Source: Eledone cirrhosa
Taxonomy: Eukaryota
Assembly: GCA_964016885.1 (NCBI GenBank)
Contig: OZ024743.1
Coordinates: 348,440,001-348,504,000, forward strand
DNA: 64,000 bases
Direction: 5' to 3'
The first letter of the stretch is position 1. Each line of letters opens with the position of its first letter. The notes under the pieces are model-generated. The model made no database searches and was not told the DNA's origin. It worked only from the letters and a program-made list of their open reading frames with translations. Of this stretch, positions 15,348 through 31,198 are shown piece after piece. The position numbers and the translations under genes were made by a program.

Positions 15348-15562
15348 GTTAAAATTACATATGGAAACATATGTCCTCTTAGCTTCGTACGGATATGTTA
15401 GATTACTGCATTTTAAAACAAGATAACCCTATTCAACAACACCAACATCAACAGTTTTCCAAGAGATGTGAATAGACTTGTTCTTTCTCAAATTATCAGT
15501 TTTCGCTTCTGCCAATGCCCAGTCACCTCTGTCTATCTATTTCTTCATTAAATTCTCATTCT

Positions 15563-15600
15563 ATTTTCTGATGAATGACTAGGGTCCGAAACATTAAGAT
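15563..15600 (+). ncRNA. Degenerate minimal hammerhead motif
   Basis: ATTTT-CTGATGA-atGAC-tagg-GTCc-GAAAC-ATT-AAGAT; both core boxes are intact but the stems are partly decayed. Confidence 0.5.
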
Positions 15601-15884
15601 TATTTCCCTATTGCAGATATATATACATACAGATATATATACATACAGATATATCGACATAAACATGTGAGGGTATGTAAAAAGATTATCCGCATAAATT
15701 ATCTTTAGGTTGATCACACTGCCTTCGGCACATGCGTGATAATAGGTTGTATTATTGGAGTCACATGAAGGAAGTGTGACAAACCTATTGATATGTTATG
15801 GCGAAAGTGCGGATAATTTTAAGCTTACCCTCGTATTTAGATGTTTACATACATAAACACTTTCACACAAACACACACACACAT

Positions 15885-15969
<85 letters not shown>

Positions 15970-16356
15970 CATGCACAGATACATACATGCATATACAAAT
16001 ACACTAAATAAGTGTATTTATGTGCATATATTTAATATATCAAAATAGCCTGTTTCTTAAATCATTGTCCATAGACTCGTGTTTTGTGCTGGGCTTACTT
16101 ACTTCAGCCCATTTTACTAAATTGTATCCTACGATGTCTGATATAGTGTTAAAGCTAATATGGCTTTGTGATTAATGAGCTTCTATGCTTCTATGCGGTC
16201 TTATACACATGGGTTCGATTCGTGTCAGTGCATACGAAATTCGTAATTATGGATTTTGATGTATTGATCAAGATGTAAAAGTACTCAACATTCAGGAGAC
16301 TATACGCGCACGCACACGTAGAATCAAGAACAAAAACCCATACGCGCATGTTGTGT

Positions 16357-16760
<404 letters not shown>

Positions 16761-17128
16761 AAGGGTATATCTATGTGTATATATATCCTGTATCTTAACA
16801 TGAACGTAGGTTTACATGATTATATGTTTGTTCCATCCGCACAAATATAATTACTTTGCACATACAGGCGCGTGTGTATGCACAAAAATGTTTACAGGCC
16901 GTCGTACTGTAGACACACATTAACATAAACACACTCACACATACACACACACATACATACATTTATATTTTCACACGCATATGCAAAGAGAAAGAGAGAG
17001 GGAGAGAGAGAGCGAAAGAGAGAGAGAAAGAAAGAGAGAGAGAAAGTGATAGACAGAGGGAAAGAAAGGCAGAAATAATGAGAGAGAAAGAGAGAACAAG
17101 AAAGAAAGAAAGAGAGAATGAAAGAAAG

Positions 17129-17168
<40 letters not shown>

Positions 17169-17394
17169 GGTGTGTTTGAGAGCGAGAGTGAAACATTGAA
17201 AGGAAGAAATTGAGAGAAATAGGGAGCGATATTTCTGTGTGAACTCACATATATATTTATTTGTTTGTGTTTCTTCATGTGTTTGCATGAGATTCCTTCC
17301 ATATATCTAAATAGCGTATATAAAATCATATCTAAAATACAGTTTATGAAATACTAAATCACTACACTATATGTATGTATATACGTATGTATCG

Positions 17395-18050
17395 ACTAGT
17401 GACCCGACTAGTGACCCAACTAAACTGGCAACCCCACCAAGGTTTCTTGGTGAGGAGGATGATTTTGGACATCCTGCAGGACTAAAAACAAAACCTGTCA
17501 AAGGGCAAAGGAGCTCTTAAGGGTCAATGGCCATCCAAAGTCACCGGGAAAGATGACCCGTTATCCTTTGTCAAGGCAGAATCCTAGGAGAGGGAAAACT
17601 CTGATATAACACTTGCAACCCTGATGGTATCCAATGCTGTTGACTTGTTCTTCTTTTTGGTAAATATCATCTTGGTTAAGAGAGTGGGACTGGCTTTGTG
17701 CAGTGCCTTTGCTCACTATAAAAGCTTCACGGCACAGGCATTGCTTTATATCTGAAGATCTTTCTGCACTTGTCGTCACATGGTACCATGGGCCCAGCAC
17801 TGTGTCAATAATTGTCACAAGTGTAGGGTTTGTACCAGAGTTTTCAAGTCGCTGGCTGGACTAAAAAGTCACACTCGTTCAGCCCATCGGTAGGGGTTCT
17901 CCTACATAGATATAAAGTAGTGGCCGTACTCGAAAACGAGTTGGCAGCCACCATCGACTAGTGACACCTGGTGGAGTCGTACCCATAGCGTTGTGACAAA
18001 TGGGTTGTTTCTGGCCTTTTTTAAAGCTGGCGGAGTCCATCTCCTATCCA
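17395..18050 (+). mobile_element. Probable RTE-related 5' UTR or non-autonomous element
   Basis: GC-richer block with GGCAACCCC...GGAGAGGGAAAACTCTGAT...AACCC, resembling RTE 5' regions; no RT ORF. Confidence 0.35.
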
Positions 18051-18057
18051 ATATTTA

Positions 18058-18127
<70 letters not shown>

Positions 18128-18227
18128 AGTGTATGTGCGCGCGCGCGTATGTGTATGCGTGTGTGCATGCGTGTGTGTGTGTGTCTGAATATATATATAT
18201 ACGTATATATACATACGTATATATATA

Positions 18228-18640
18228 CTTGTTATACTTTGGGAGAGCCATGTTGCCAACAAAGACACACGTACCTGTTGGTTTCATTTCAATTTATTAT
18301 ATGTTGGCTGGTTCCATAACCAGAAAGTTGTTTATATATTGTCAAAGCTCCTTCGTCACACATTATATGACCTCCTCAATGACTAGGTTTTTATGTTGTG
18401 TGTCTCTCCTTTGTTCTGTCCTACACCATTTTGTTTTTGTGTGTAGTGTGCTTGGTTTGCGAATGCGTTACATTCGGGTGTGTTTGTTTTTATTTATTCA
18501 TTTATGTGTTTGTTTACTAGTTCTATCAGTGTGTGTCTGATTTGTTTTGTTAGTATTGTTCTTGTGTGTGTCTGTATGTCTTCTGTTGTCCTTAATTACT
18601 AGCTGTGAGGTTGCTATGCCACTCATGTGTTTTTTTAATT
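18228..18640 (-). mobile_element. Penelope-like pseudo-LTR fragment, same family as 61300-61720
   Basis: Clear inverted homology to 61300-61720 (GTTATACTTTGGGAG...CATGTTGCCAA; GGTTCCA.AACC; TTGTCCTTAATT); degenerate HHR at 18341-18383. Confidence 0.8.
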
Positions 18641-18659
18641 TGGTTGGAGTTTATATTTG

Positions 18660-19810
18660 TTGCCTCTGTGACACAGCACGCCGTTCATTCCTCTCTGGAT
18701 CGTGCTTTCCTCATCCATGTAGTCCCAATCGTATTCCGAAAATCGTAACTCCACCTTCGTGGAGGACTTCCGAGTGGTGCTTTCCGCTAGCGTGTGTACC
18801 ACTCGGTGAACCGGGCGGCGTGTCCAGCCCATCTGAACTTGCTGCGCATATATTCCGTGATGACATCCCTCACGCCGGACTTCTGTCTAATGACTTCGCT
18901 CCTGATGTGCTCTCTCACGAGATTCCTAGCATTGATCTCTCCATGGCTCTTTGAGCCGTTACCAGCCTCTGCTCTTCTCTCTTCGTTGTAGCCCAACTTT
19001 CACTGCCATATAACATTGTAGGTAAAACTGCGCTATTGAAGAGGTTGGCGTGTGTGGTCTTGTCCAACATCCCTTATGCCGTTGAACGCCTTCCACCCAG
19101 CCCTCACTCTCCGCGAGATCTCCCTCTCAATGTCTCGGCGCATGTTCACTTCTTGTCCTAGGTAAACGTATTCCTCCACCTCCTCTATTTCATCACCGCC
19201 AACCACCATTCGACCTGTTGGTATGTTGTCGGACCGCATGAACTTCGTTGACATGCAGTTAATCTTGAGGCCTACTGCAGAGCTTTTGATGTCGAGCTCC
19301 GCCAGCATGGTCTGAAGCTGATCCGTGGTTTCAGCGATGAGTACGGTGTCATCAGCGAAACGGAGGTGGGTAAGTATCTGGCCGTTGATGTTGACATCGC
19401 CTTGCCAGTCAATGCCTCCGATGATCTGCTCGAGACATGCGGTGAAAAGTTTTGGAGAGCTCGTATCTCCTTGCTTCACTCCCTTCTCGACTGGCACTCA
19501 TACGGGTGATGACAGCAGAGCTATGTTGGTGGTTTATCCGGAACTCGCCTCCTTGAGCAGTTGAACGTATTGCGCCTCGACTCCTTGCCTCTGCTGCGAT
19601 TTCAGCACTGAGTTGATTTCGACCCTGTCGAAGGCCTTCTCGTAGTCTACGAACGCGACACAAAGAGGCATCTTGTACTCTTTCGCTCGCTCCAGCAGTT
19701 GTGTCAGAGTAAATATGTGGTCCATCATGCTGAAGATATTCCGGAAGCCAGCTTGCTCTCTCGGTTGATGTTCGTCCAGATGACGTGATAACATGTTCAG
19801 GAATATCTTC
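18660..19810 (-). mobile_element. RTE-clade LINE fragment (RT and C-terminal region), frameshifted
   Basis: QPREQAGFR, AFVDYEKAFDRVE, KGVKQGDTSSPKLF, LRFADD, EEYVYLGQ, RAGWKAF, KFRWAGHAAR. Confidence 0.92.
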
Positions 19811-20067
19811 GTATATATATATATATACAGAAGTGGAAAGTTAGTAAAATCGAAGATATGGCGGTGGCCAAGCAAACGAGGTACAATTATGTTTGCACAA
19901 TCAGAATCGATAGGTTACACCTTAGAGTAATTAACATACGTTATAAGCGTGAGAAATTGAAAACTGCGGCTGGCGGGCATAGCCACATAATTCACTAAAA
20001 CAACGAAAATACAATCAGGTTACATATATATATATATATTTATATTTATATATATAGCGGGAGAATA

Positions 20068-20099
<32 letters not shown>

Positions 20100-20314
20100 C
20101 AGAGTTTCCAACTCATACTGAGTTTGGTTCTATGAAAGAGTTAATAAAATTCAATTCACAGATTAATATATTAAATATGACAAAACCAAACAAGTTACGA
20201 AAAAAAATGTTACTTACTCACTTCAAATTGCAGTAGGGACATTAAAGTGAGTAAGTAAATATTTGTTCTTAACTTGTTTGGTTTTCCCATATTTGATATC
20301 ATATATGTATATAT

Positions 20315-20382
<68 letters not shown>

Positions 20383-20714
20383 GTATGTGTGTGAGTGCAT
20401 ATACGTATAAGATTCGGTTTAAGAGTGTAAGCAAACACTATGTCTATGTCAGAAGATATGTGTTTAGGCAATAGCCGTCATAAATCAAAAAAATCCTTTA
20501 AAATGCTCACAGCCAAGAGACGTGACGGCGGGATTTGAAACAAATGTAAAATTGTGAAAACTATTTATGTTGTTTATGACTGCACTTGAATTTGGAAATA
20601 GAAATAATGATATAAACAGTGGGAGAAACAGACAATGAGATAAAATGAAAACGAAAGTTAAAGTAAAATGATGTGTGTGGTGTGAGAGAAAGAAAGAGAG
20701 AGGGAGGAACAAAT

Positions 20715-20873
<159 letters not shown>

Positions 20874-20999
20874 GTGTGTGTGTATGTGTGTGTGTATGTG
20901 TCTGTCCTGGGTTTAATCGGAGGTAACCACAGCGCTAGTCCTGTAGAAGCAATTTTCTATATTAAAAAATATATATATTCATCTTTGCCCAGTTATTCC

Positions 21000-21600
21000 T
21001 GAGATGGTCGTGGCGGCAGTGTACTTAGAGACTCCTTTCAGCGGATCTTGTCAGAAGCAACCGTCCCCAGCTGTTCCGACTGGATACCCAAGCGAGTCCA
21101 GTCAAACTCATGCATGTTATCCAACCATCATCATGCTCGTGTTCTAGCCCTGGGTCTCTTGCCTGTTGGTTTTGGTCCTAATATATGTCTAGTGTTTCTT
21201 TCCTGAGACATTCTAACCCCTGCCATTAGTATCATAGCAGTGATCTGTCAAATCGTAGAAGTAGCGGCTCTACTTGGAGTGATACTCTAATTTCCGAGTA
21301 CTGCACTCTAACGTGTAACGTTGCTCCAAATACCCTCCGAAGTAACCCCACATAGGCTGCTTGTAATCGCGATCATATTCTTTCTGCCATTACTCAGGAT
21401 TCATGACCATAGATAAAAGTTGGCCTGAATACCGAATTGAAGATAATGAGTTTGGCTTTTACACATGCGTCCCTTCTTCTCATTACCGAAAGTTGAAGCT
21501 GGAGCATTACGGCACGAGCTCCTGCAATATTAAGCCTCCTAACTTCCATCACTCGTGGACACGTATCTCAACATCGTTAGCTCACATATAGACATGTAGT
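21000..21600 (-). mobile_element. Degenerate RTE-type LINE 3' fragment
   Basis: The reverse strand has decayed LRRVFGATL...RVSLQVEPLLLRF...RPTGKRPRART...W, similar to 58270-58600 and 21950-22420. Confidence 0.55.
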
Positions 21601-21949
21601 TTTGCACTAGAAAGAGAGGAATACATATTTTGGGTCCCCACGTCTGGCAAGAAATAATCATTTCTGTTGGTTTGATACGTGTTATGAAAACAAACAAAAC
21701 ATAACAAACAAACGATCCAGTGAGCAACATTTTTCCCTCGCTCCTTTGTTCATTTGTCTATATATTCACTTTTCTTTTGTTGATATTACACACGCATCAT
21801 ATAAGCAGAAATATTTATTTCCTGCTGCACAATCTGCTCCAAAATATGTAGTCCCATCTTTCGCGTCCGAAACAACACTTGATGAGGAGTTTGAGGTACC
21901 TCTGTACTTTGGTCTTGTACATTTTATAACTGTAATCATTTGTTTTTAG

Positions 21950-22425
21950 AGAAGAAATGGGGTGGGTGTAAAAGCCAAACATGTTAACTTAAGTTCGTTA
22001 TTCTTCACAACACTTACATATGGTCTTGAATCTTGGGTAATGATCGAAACATCGGATTGCGAATACAACAAACGGCCGAAGGGTCTTTGGAGTAACGTTA
22101 CCCTATAGAACGTATAGCTCAGAGATCATAGAGTCACTCCAGGTAGAGGTGTTACTTCTCCGAATTGTGAGATCACAGCACCGATAATATAAGCATTCGG
22201 TTAGAATGTTCCAGGGAAGTTTCGCGGAACATGCCAACCTGCATGAGACCCAAGGGTAGACGCCCAAGCAGGATGGTTGGATAACATCAGCTTGGTTGGT
22301 CTCGCTCAGTGATCCAGTCGGATCAGTTAGAGACAGTTCCTTCTGACAGGACCCATTAGAAAGAGTGATTGTGGATTCTGACCGCATGACCCTCTCAGGA
22401 ATATGTGGGCGAAGAAGAAGAAGAG
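21950..22425 (+). mobile_element. Degenerate RTE-type LINE 3' end with (GAA)n tail
   Basis: TLTYGLESWVM...ESLQVEVLLLRIVRSQ...GRRP...WLDN, followed by GAAGAAGAAGAAG. Confidence 0.65.
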
Positions 22426-22649
22426 TTATTTTTTCCCGGCATGCCTGCTGTTGTTATTAACCGTATTCGGCTGTTTTAGCATTTTAAACTCGCGTTTAAG
22501 TTTCCCATATTTCTATGAGCTTCTTATATATATATCCTGAAATTCATGCCCTCTTCAATATATATATTAGTGGGGGCGTGTGTATGAGTGAGTATGTCTA
22601 TATGTGTGCATTTGTATGTAGGTATGTGTGTGTGTATACATATATATAA

Positions 22650-22716
<67 letters not shown>

Positions 22717-23090
22717 GAGAGAGAGAAATAGATACAATAAGAGATAATGGGAACAGAGAGGACATGACAGGCTTGAAGGGAGAAAGTACAGTGCCGGATT
22801 TCTGTTGAGAAAACTGATAGGCCTAAACAGAGCTGTAAAAGATTTATTTTTCCATGAAGAAGTATTAAGTCATATATAGATAAAAGGAAAAATATAAACA
22901 GTAAAAACATTAGATCCAGATGTTAGTCTCAGAATTATAATTGCTACCGAGTCCTTTTCATTTCTTCTCACTTTCTTTCGATATTTTTCATCATTTCGTT
23001 CAATTCTTCTCTTCTTCCTGCAAAATTTACTTCATATTACATGTTGTCTTTAAAATTAATTCGTCTCTGTTTCTTCACATGAAACATTTG

Positions 23091-23156
<66 letters not shown>

Positions 23157-23291
23157 TATACAAAGGCAAGAGATTGTCTAGATGAAGGTGTCCACAAAAT
23201 ATATAATGTTTGTACAATTATATAGGCGCAATGACATAGATAGATCCGAAAGTAAATTTGTTAGAAAATCAATTTTTACTATACATATACT

Positions 23292-23334
<43 letters not shown>

Positions 23335-23463
23335 GGTATAATTACGGTATGTACACGTTTCTTCTAACTTTAAATTTATACCTAATTGTGTATGGTTGAC
23401 GGTATATTTAGTCAGTTTCTACATGCTGTTGAAATGTTGGGTAAATACTCCATTGTGGTCAAC

Positions 23464-23793
23464 CGCGAAGAGGCCGCTTTCGATTATTTATCAAATATTT
23501 CTTCATAGGAGATTATTCTTATAGCCTGGTCTAATTGATTTTTTATATGGTTAATTATGCTAATTGGGAGAGGAAATGGTATATATTTTATCTAATAATT
23601 TTAAGGACATGATTTATGATATATATATATATCATAAAACGTGTCTATAGAATCAATCAGATATTAAAATATATACTAGTTCTTCCTCTAATCAGCATAA
23701 TCAACCATATACCTAATCAAATCCAGCAAGCTTTAAGAGCAAATTTTCTAACTGGGAAATCTCCGACAAATAATTGACCGCAGCCAGTTCGCG
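23464..23793. repeat. Decayed ~330-bp palindrome centred on a short (TA)n
   Basis: Mirror pairs: CGCGAAGAGGCCGC/GCAGCCAGTTCGCG, TATATGGTTAATTATGCTAATT/AATCAGCATAATCAACCATATA, GACATGATTTATGAT/ATCATAAAACGTGTC. Confidence 0.8.
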
Positions 23794-24587
23794 TGATAAC
23801 CTCTATATATATATATATATATATATGTGATAACCTCTATATATATATGTGATAACCTCTCTCTCTATATATATATACATATATATATACAGAGATGCAA
23901 TGCCAAAGAGAAATCGGATAGCAAGTCTCAGAACTTACATATATGTAGATGACCATTCCCACCCGATGTTTTCTATTTGTTATAGTATGCAAATGACCAT
24001 CACCGGCAGGTATCATCACGCACAATAAACCATAATCTATTTCGTTTCAGTGTGTTCCGAGTGATTGACACTGGGTAAATATAAACGAATATTGAAGGAG
24101 CGTTCGCAGATACACTCAGAATATACAGGCAACACAATGATATATACGCATAGAGGAAAATATGAAAAGATAATCTTTTTCTTTTCGTTTTCGTTTCCTT
24201 ACAAGAAAATAATTTCCACGGCAGGGTGGCTACCCATAGGTTCATTGACTATCAACGTGGTATATATATCTATCTTCCTTAATACCTCTATTATCATCTC
24301 CCCATGCATTTAGTACTCCCATGATTAGTGATCTCCCCTGTCTCAGCACCGCAGACTCTTTCCATCCCTCTGCCCCTCTATATCTCTCTCTCTCTTTATA
24401 TATATATATATATATATTTATATATAACTGCTCTGTAAATCATCTGATGTTTTTACATTGAGCTACTTAACTTACTGGTAATAAGGTAGTAATACATTGC
24501 TGCCTACCACTATTTAGGGTTTGTATAAAAAATACATATAACTGCATAAGGTTTTTGTATTTACATAACCATAAATAGTATAATTAA

Positions 24588-25515
<928 letters not shown>

Positions 25516-27269
25516 TTTACTTATTTATAATACAAAATGAAAACCATGGTTACTATTCAAATACCATCTATAATCTCTACAATTGTTTCTATAGGGATAA
25601 ATGTCATGCCATTACAAGTATCACTAAATTAATCGGTTAAATAATGAATAATTAATTCTTAAGTAGCACTAAAGCAAAATTCCTCAATTCATAGGGAAAA
25701 CTAGATTAATGCTTTGAATTACTTAACTCATACAGACTAATAAAAAAAAAAAAAATAAAATAAAACAATAGCTACCATTCAAAAGGCAAACAGAACACGT
25801 ACAGATTACAGAGGAAATGATTTGCATAACCAGAGAATAATGTATTAATATAAGAATTGAATGTGAATTTGCACTGTATCGAAGTATATTACTCGGGTGA
25901 GCAGATTAAAAAAAAAAATGGTGTATATTTAGATAATATTTTAATTACGTTTAAACATGAACCCCAAAATATACATTTCAGACATTGTATTGAAGCAGTC
26001 ATCGGTGCCAACATTTGCTAGATTAAATACAAGCGTCAAGAGAAGTCTCAAGAATATTCATGCCAATTGTTTTTCACATAAATCTCTTCTTTCATGACTT
26101 ACGTGTCGTTTATTACATTCGTGCAAATGTCCACATATGATTATATATGATAACTATGTATTTCTATCATTGAGTATTTTACTCTGTGATCATATCGCCG
26201 GTGTCTCGATATTAGGCTAGGGGTGGTTTGTGCATATATTTCAGAGTTGTTCCATTCTTCAGTAAGTGCTTAAGTAATCACTGCCCAAATTAATCACAGC
26301 AACGATAAAAATATATTTGGCATACCTGAAAATTTGGTATATATGGATCCGTATAAGCCATTATTCTAAATCACATACACGCGCACCCCCCCCATCCTCT
26401 CTGTTGCTCTCTCTTTTTTGACGGAAATCTATTCATATGCCGTTCCTCCCCGCGGTATCATTTGAACAACTTACATGAACCGTAACCTGTTCTGCCTCCA
26501 GTCGTATTTCTGTGAGCTTATTTGTCTATGTTATCACTTTGCTGTCCTCGTCGAAAGACATTCCCACGTTTTCCTCTGTCACTATGTTGTGTGGTGCTTC
26601 ATATGCAGATTTTCTGTGATTTGTTTAATCTGGAATTAATATTATGCCATGTCACCCATATAGATGAAATTTAATTGCCCAGCGGGTGAGTGACGTGGAA
26701 GTTCGATGCATGTGTTCGTTGGTACGATATGATTCCTGCTATTTATTAATACAATAACACTACGCGCCCCCTTTTATGTTTAACTATATATTTATTGAAC
26801 AATATGAAAGCTCCTTTTTTTTCCCGAAGTCTATTTCTATTTCACTCCTCCATGCGTCATCATTTCCAAAACATGTCCGATTCGTATCTTGTTCTGTTTC
26901 CAGTTGTAAGACGTCGAAATCCCCTTCTATGTTTCCCTCTCCTCTCTCTCTATATTTTTTTATGTTATCTCATATGCATCTTTCTGTTGGAGCACTTAAG
27001 CCTATGTGCAACCTGGAATCAATATTATGCAATGCCACTCTTGTTCACGAAATTGCATTATTTCCTGGAAGTGAATGCCGAGGAAGTAAGATACTGTGTT
27101 CGTTGGTCTCATATGTTTTCTGTTCCAGGTACAAATTAATATAAGAAGTAAAATGACTATCCATTAGAGCGGAACTGTAATGTAAAATCCATAATTTACG
27201 AATCAGAAATCAAATACACAAACGTCAAACAGACAGAGACCGACGAAAAATATTTAGGTATAGTCCAGG

Positions 27270-27300
<31 letters not shown>

Positions 27301-27309
27301 CCACAGCAC

Positions 27310-27896
27310 GGGCAAAGAGGATCTGGCAGCTAAAAGACAAAGGAATAACCCATGATATCACATGGAAAGTGCTATAAAACTTAGCACCGTACAAAAGCGC
27401 AAGCAAAAAATGCTAGCTCTGCCTAAGTGATAAGTTAGGATCTCTCAGGGTCTGTATTCACCGGATAATTGCCTAAACTAAAAAAAAACAGAAATCCGCA
27501 GGTCATACTTATATCAAAAGGACCAATTCTTATCAATCTGGAAGCTGACGCAGCAAGACACCATCTCACTGGACCTATTGTCCCACCTCATGACGCCAGG
27601 TAGATCTAGTACCCTCCTCAACGAAAGCACAGAGATATTCATATTACATCACACAGCAAGAAACCATCACCCAGAAACCCATTTCGGAACTTAAAATTGG
27701 TGAAGTCCCAATAACCACATACATTTTCAGTGAATATATACACACATATATATATATAACGGAGGAAATGTGGTAAGGAACCAGGTGGACCATAACGCAC
27801 TAAAGTACTCAATACTTAAGGTAGTAGAGTGGGTAATCAGAGTCCAGAATTAGCCGTCAAAACGGCTTGAGCTCAGCCGTCGGGGTCCTACTCGTT

Positions 27897-27900
<4 letters not shown>
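27310..27900 (+). mobile_element. Penelope-like element 3' fragment (end of GIY-YIG domain and probable 3' UTR)
   Basis: LKDKGITHDITWKVL*NLAPYKSASKKC*LCLSDK matches the C-terminal block of the 4727-4980 element; flanked by (TA)n on both sides. Confidence 0.7.
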
Positions 27901-27934
<34 letters not shown>

Positions 27935-28015
27935 TACACATACACACATATATATAAGTGTGCGTGTGTGTGAGTGTGTGCGTGTGTATACATTGTGTCT
28001 GTGTGTGTATATGTA

Positions 28016-28047
<32 letters not shown>

Positions 28048-29126
28048 CGCACATTACCACACACACATATATATATATATGTGTGTGTGCGTGTGTACGT
28101 GTATATACATTGCGTCTGTGTGTATATGTATGCATATATGTGTATATAACTACCTGTATAGTTGTGTGGAAAATTATATATCTATGAGCGCAAATGCATG
28201 ACTATTATATTTTTAAACGTTAACAATTCGTCATTTGTGTCCGTATATGTTTGTGTGTGACCATTTACATACATCAGATTAACTATTTATATAGTACCTG
28301 ATAAATGTATCACTCGCCTCAATTTACACACCGGACAGAATAGCCCAAGAAATTTTTGGATAAATTCGCATTCAGACAGATTTCAGACTAGAATTACCTC
28401 CCCTGTTTCAAATATACACCTCTACAATATCCGAGGGAGATTTAGCCTAGGGACAAATTCCCATTTTCCTATTTGTCTTCACGTTTCGGAATGAAGGGCT
28501 GGTTTAAAAGTGCCTTCTCCACTTCTCCACTAGACGGTGATGACCATGAGTTGACACCGAAACCAATGGTAGCACATATATGATAAGAGTTTGAAACTTT
28601 GATAATACTATATATATATATTACACAACGTTTCGTCATTACACAGCATTTCTCCTAAAACTTGAATTTATATTAACCACTATGACCATATCTAAACTTC
28701 TAGCACTGCATCCCTTTCGCCTTTGCATACTTTCCAATCCTTGCACATTTTTTGTCCATTATTAGTCTTTTAATTCCTTTCGTTCTACCGAACAGGTAGC
28801 ACGAAGTGTCTTCATTCGTTTTTAAGGTCCTATTTCATTTCCTTAACCATCGTGTTACTTCACAATGTTTCCCTTCTACTTTCAGTTTAACGACTCGCTC
28901 ATTTACTGCTTTTAAACACCGTTTCAGCTTCCTCTGTGAAAATGTTCATGTTATTCTTGTTTCTCTGATGGTAATTGTCTCATGTAATCTAACCTTTACA
29001 CTCTCTCGTACTTTCCGTCTCTGGACAGATATACACATTTAACGAAGATATCATTTCATATCAGTGATCCGAACGTCTGAAAACCGGAAAATGTATGTGG
29101 CGTTTGTGCCGTTTAATTCCGACTAC

Positions 29127-29203
<77 letters not shown>

Positions 29204-29949
29204 AGTTCAAAGAATCATTAGATAAACTATATACAGTATTTCCTCTCCCAATCAGTATAATTTAACCACACAACAGATAATTTAAACGAGGCTATAAGAT
29301 TAAAATGTACCTATGAAGAAATAATAGACAAATGATACAGATTCTTTTCCGCGATGTACAACCATATGACATTACCGAGTATTTCTCCTACCCTGTAGAA
29401 ATTCACTAGACAAATAGTTAGCTATTGGAATTAGGTACACAATTGAAGTTAGAAGAAAAACTGCACATAAATATTACCAAAATTGTCATCGTCTCTACCA
29501 ACCGGTGGATTCGTTCCACTTTTTGGATATATCCGGTCTTGGATAAATGCACGAGGCTCGGAACATATATACAACACACACACACACACACTCTCACTCT
29601 CTGTATCTCCCTCTCTCTCTCTCTATCTATCCCTATCTCCCTCTCAATCTCTCTCTCTCTCACTCTTTCTCTCTGTCCCTCTCTCCCCCCACACATACAC
29701 ATATACATATACACAGAAACATACTGATCCTTCTGCAATCTGGACATATGTTGAATATTGGACATTGAAACGTTAGGTAACGCTTTTATTTCGTGTATGA
29801 ACTTAAATTGCTTATGTAGAATATTATATATATATATATATATACATGTAGATGAGGTTAGAGTGTAACATATTGAGTTAAGCTCAATGCGCGTTTTTAA
29901 ACTTCGTTCTTGAGGAGCGAACAGTTATAGTAGCAGAGCATTTATTATT

Positions 29950-30045
29950 CAAAATTCAATAAGACTCAGCCGAGGTTAACTTTGGCTTTCATCCTTAAGG
30001 GGTCGATAAAATAAAGTACCAGTAATGCACTGGGTAATTGCTGAC
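29950..30045 (+). mobile_element. Partial OK-type SINE (3' half)
   Basis: GCCGAGGTTAACTTTGGCTTTCATCCTTAAGGGGTCGATAAAATAAAGTACCAGTAATGCACTGGG. Confidence 0.8.
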
Positions 30046-30069
30046 ATTATAGAAACAGTTATTATTAAA

Positions 30070-31050
30070 TTTGCTCAGGGTTTGTTTCGGCCCAGACCTC
30101 CAGGTGAATAAGAATTGGGACGAGGTGACGATCATGGTAGCTAGTCTCACCCAGAAATGGGCAGCGAGGAAACTATCACTGAAAAGTCGGTCGGAGGTGG
30201 CGAATGTGTACATCGCGTCCGTCATCTGCTACCGACTGACCGTCATGCCTTGCACCCGTCCGTGCCAAGCCAAGTGGTGAAGCATTCCATCTTCTGCCAG
30301 CACCATCTACGTGGAGGGTTGGGCATGCCGTGGTTAATGATGCGCTGACATGTGCTGAGGCTGCGCCATCCCAGATATTCTGCCTAAACGGTGACCCCAC
30401 CTGTTCACCGTTTGTCCTTTCCGCAGCTCGTCTCTTTGACTGAGCTGCTGTCCTAGGTCAACAAGAGACCGAGACTAGGTGACTGGCATCTAGAATAAGA
30501 CCAAGCACTCACTGCCCTCTACCAGGCGGGAAGTATGATCAGTGGATCTTCCGCTCTAGAGTTCTATAGAGGATTAGTGGTGGGCAAATGCGACGACGCA
30601 CTCGGAGAGGTTCTGGGCGTTGACGATGTCGAACCGACCAGTCTGGTCCGGAGAACCTTCTAGAAATCCCTCGTTTGCAGTGCTATCGGGGTGCACTGGC
30701 GGTTCGAGATTAACTCTACAGGTACGGAAGTGCTGTCAGACGGATCTGCTCGAGATAATCGCAGAGCGACGAAACCGTTCTGCACGCACTCGTCCAGTGT
30801 CCGTGCATTACTGACTTGTGGAGTTATCTCGAACAGGTGTTGTCGCGTGTAGAACGGACAGGGCTATCGGCAGTGTCCATAGTAAATCTGGTAGGAGTTG
30901 CGAAACAGGTTGTATGGTGGACCAGTTTGAAAGGACGTAAGACGGACACACTTCATTCGTCCAATCCTCCATCAACTTCTTCAAGTTTCATTTGGAAAGA
31001 AAGGTGCGGGTGAAGAGAGAAGTGGTGACCCCCACCCACTTAAAACGACC
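30070..31050 (+). mobile_element. Tx1/L1-like LINE 3' fragment, decayed
   Basis: FGPDLQVNKNWDEV...WAARKLSLKSRSEVANVYIASVICYRLTV...GGLGMPWL, the post-RT region of ORF2. Confidence 0.8.
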
Positions 31051-31105
31051 TTCGTTGTATAAATAAACAACAATAATACTAATCCTTGGTCTTACTGAAT
31101 TTTTA

Positions 31106-31136
<31 letters not shown>

Positions 31137-31198
31137 TATATATATATATATGAATGAAAAATGGCGAGCTGTGTTGTTGCATTTAGGATATAAATAAT

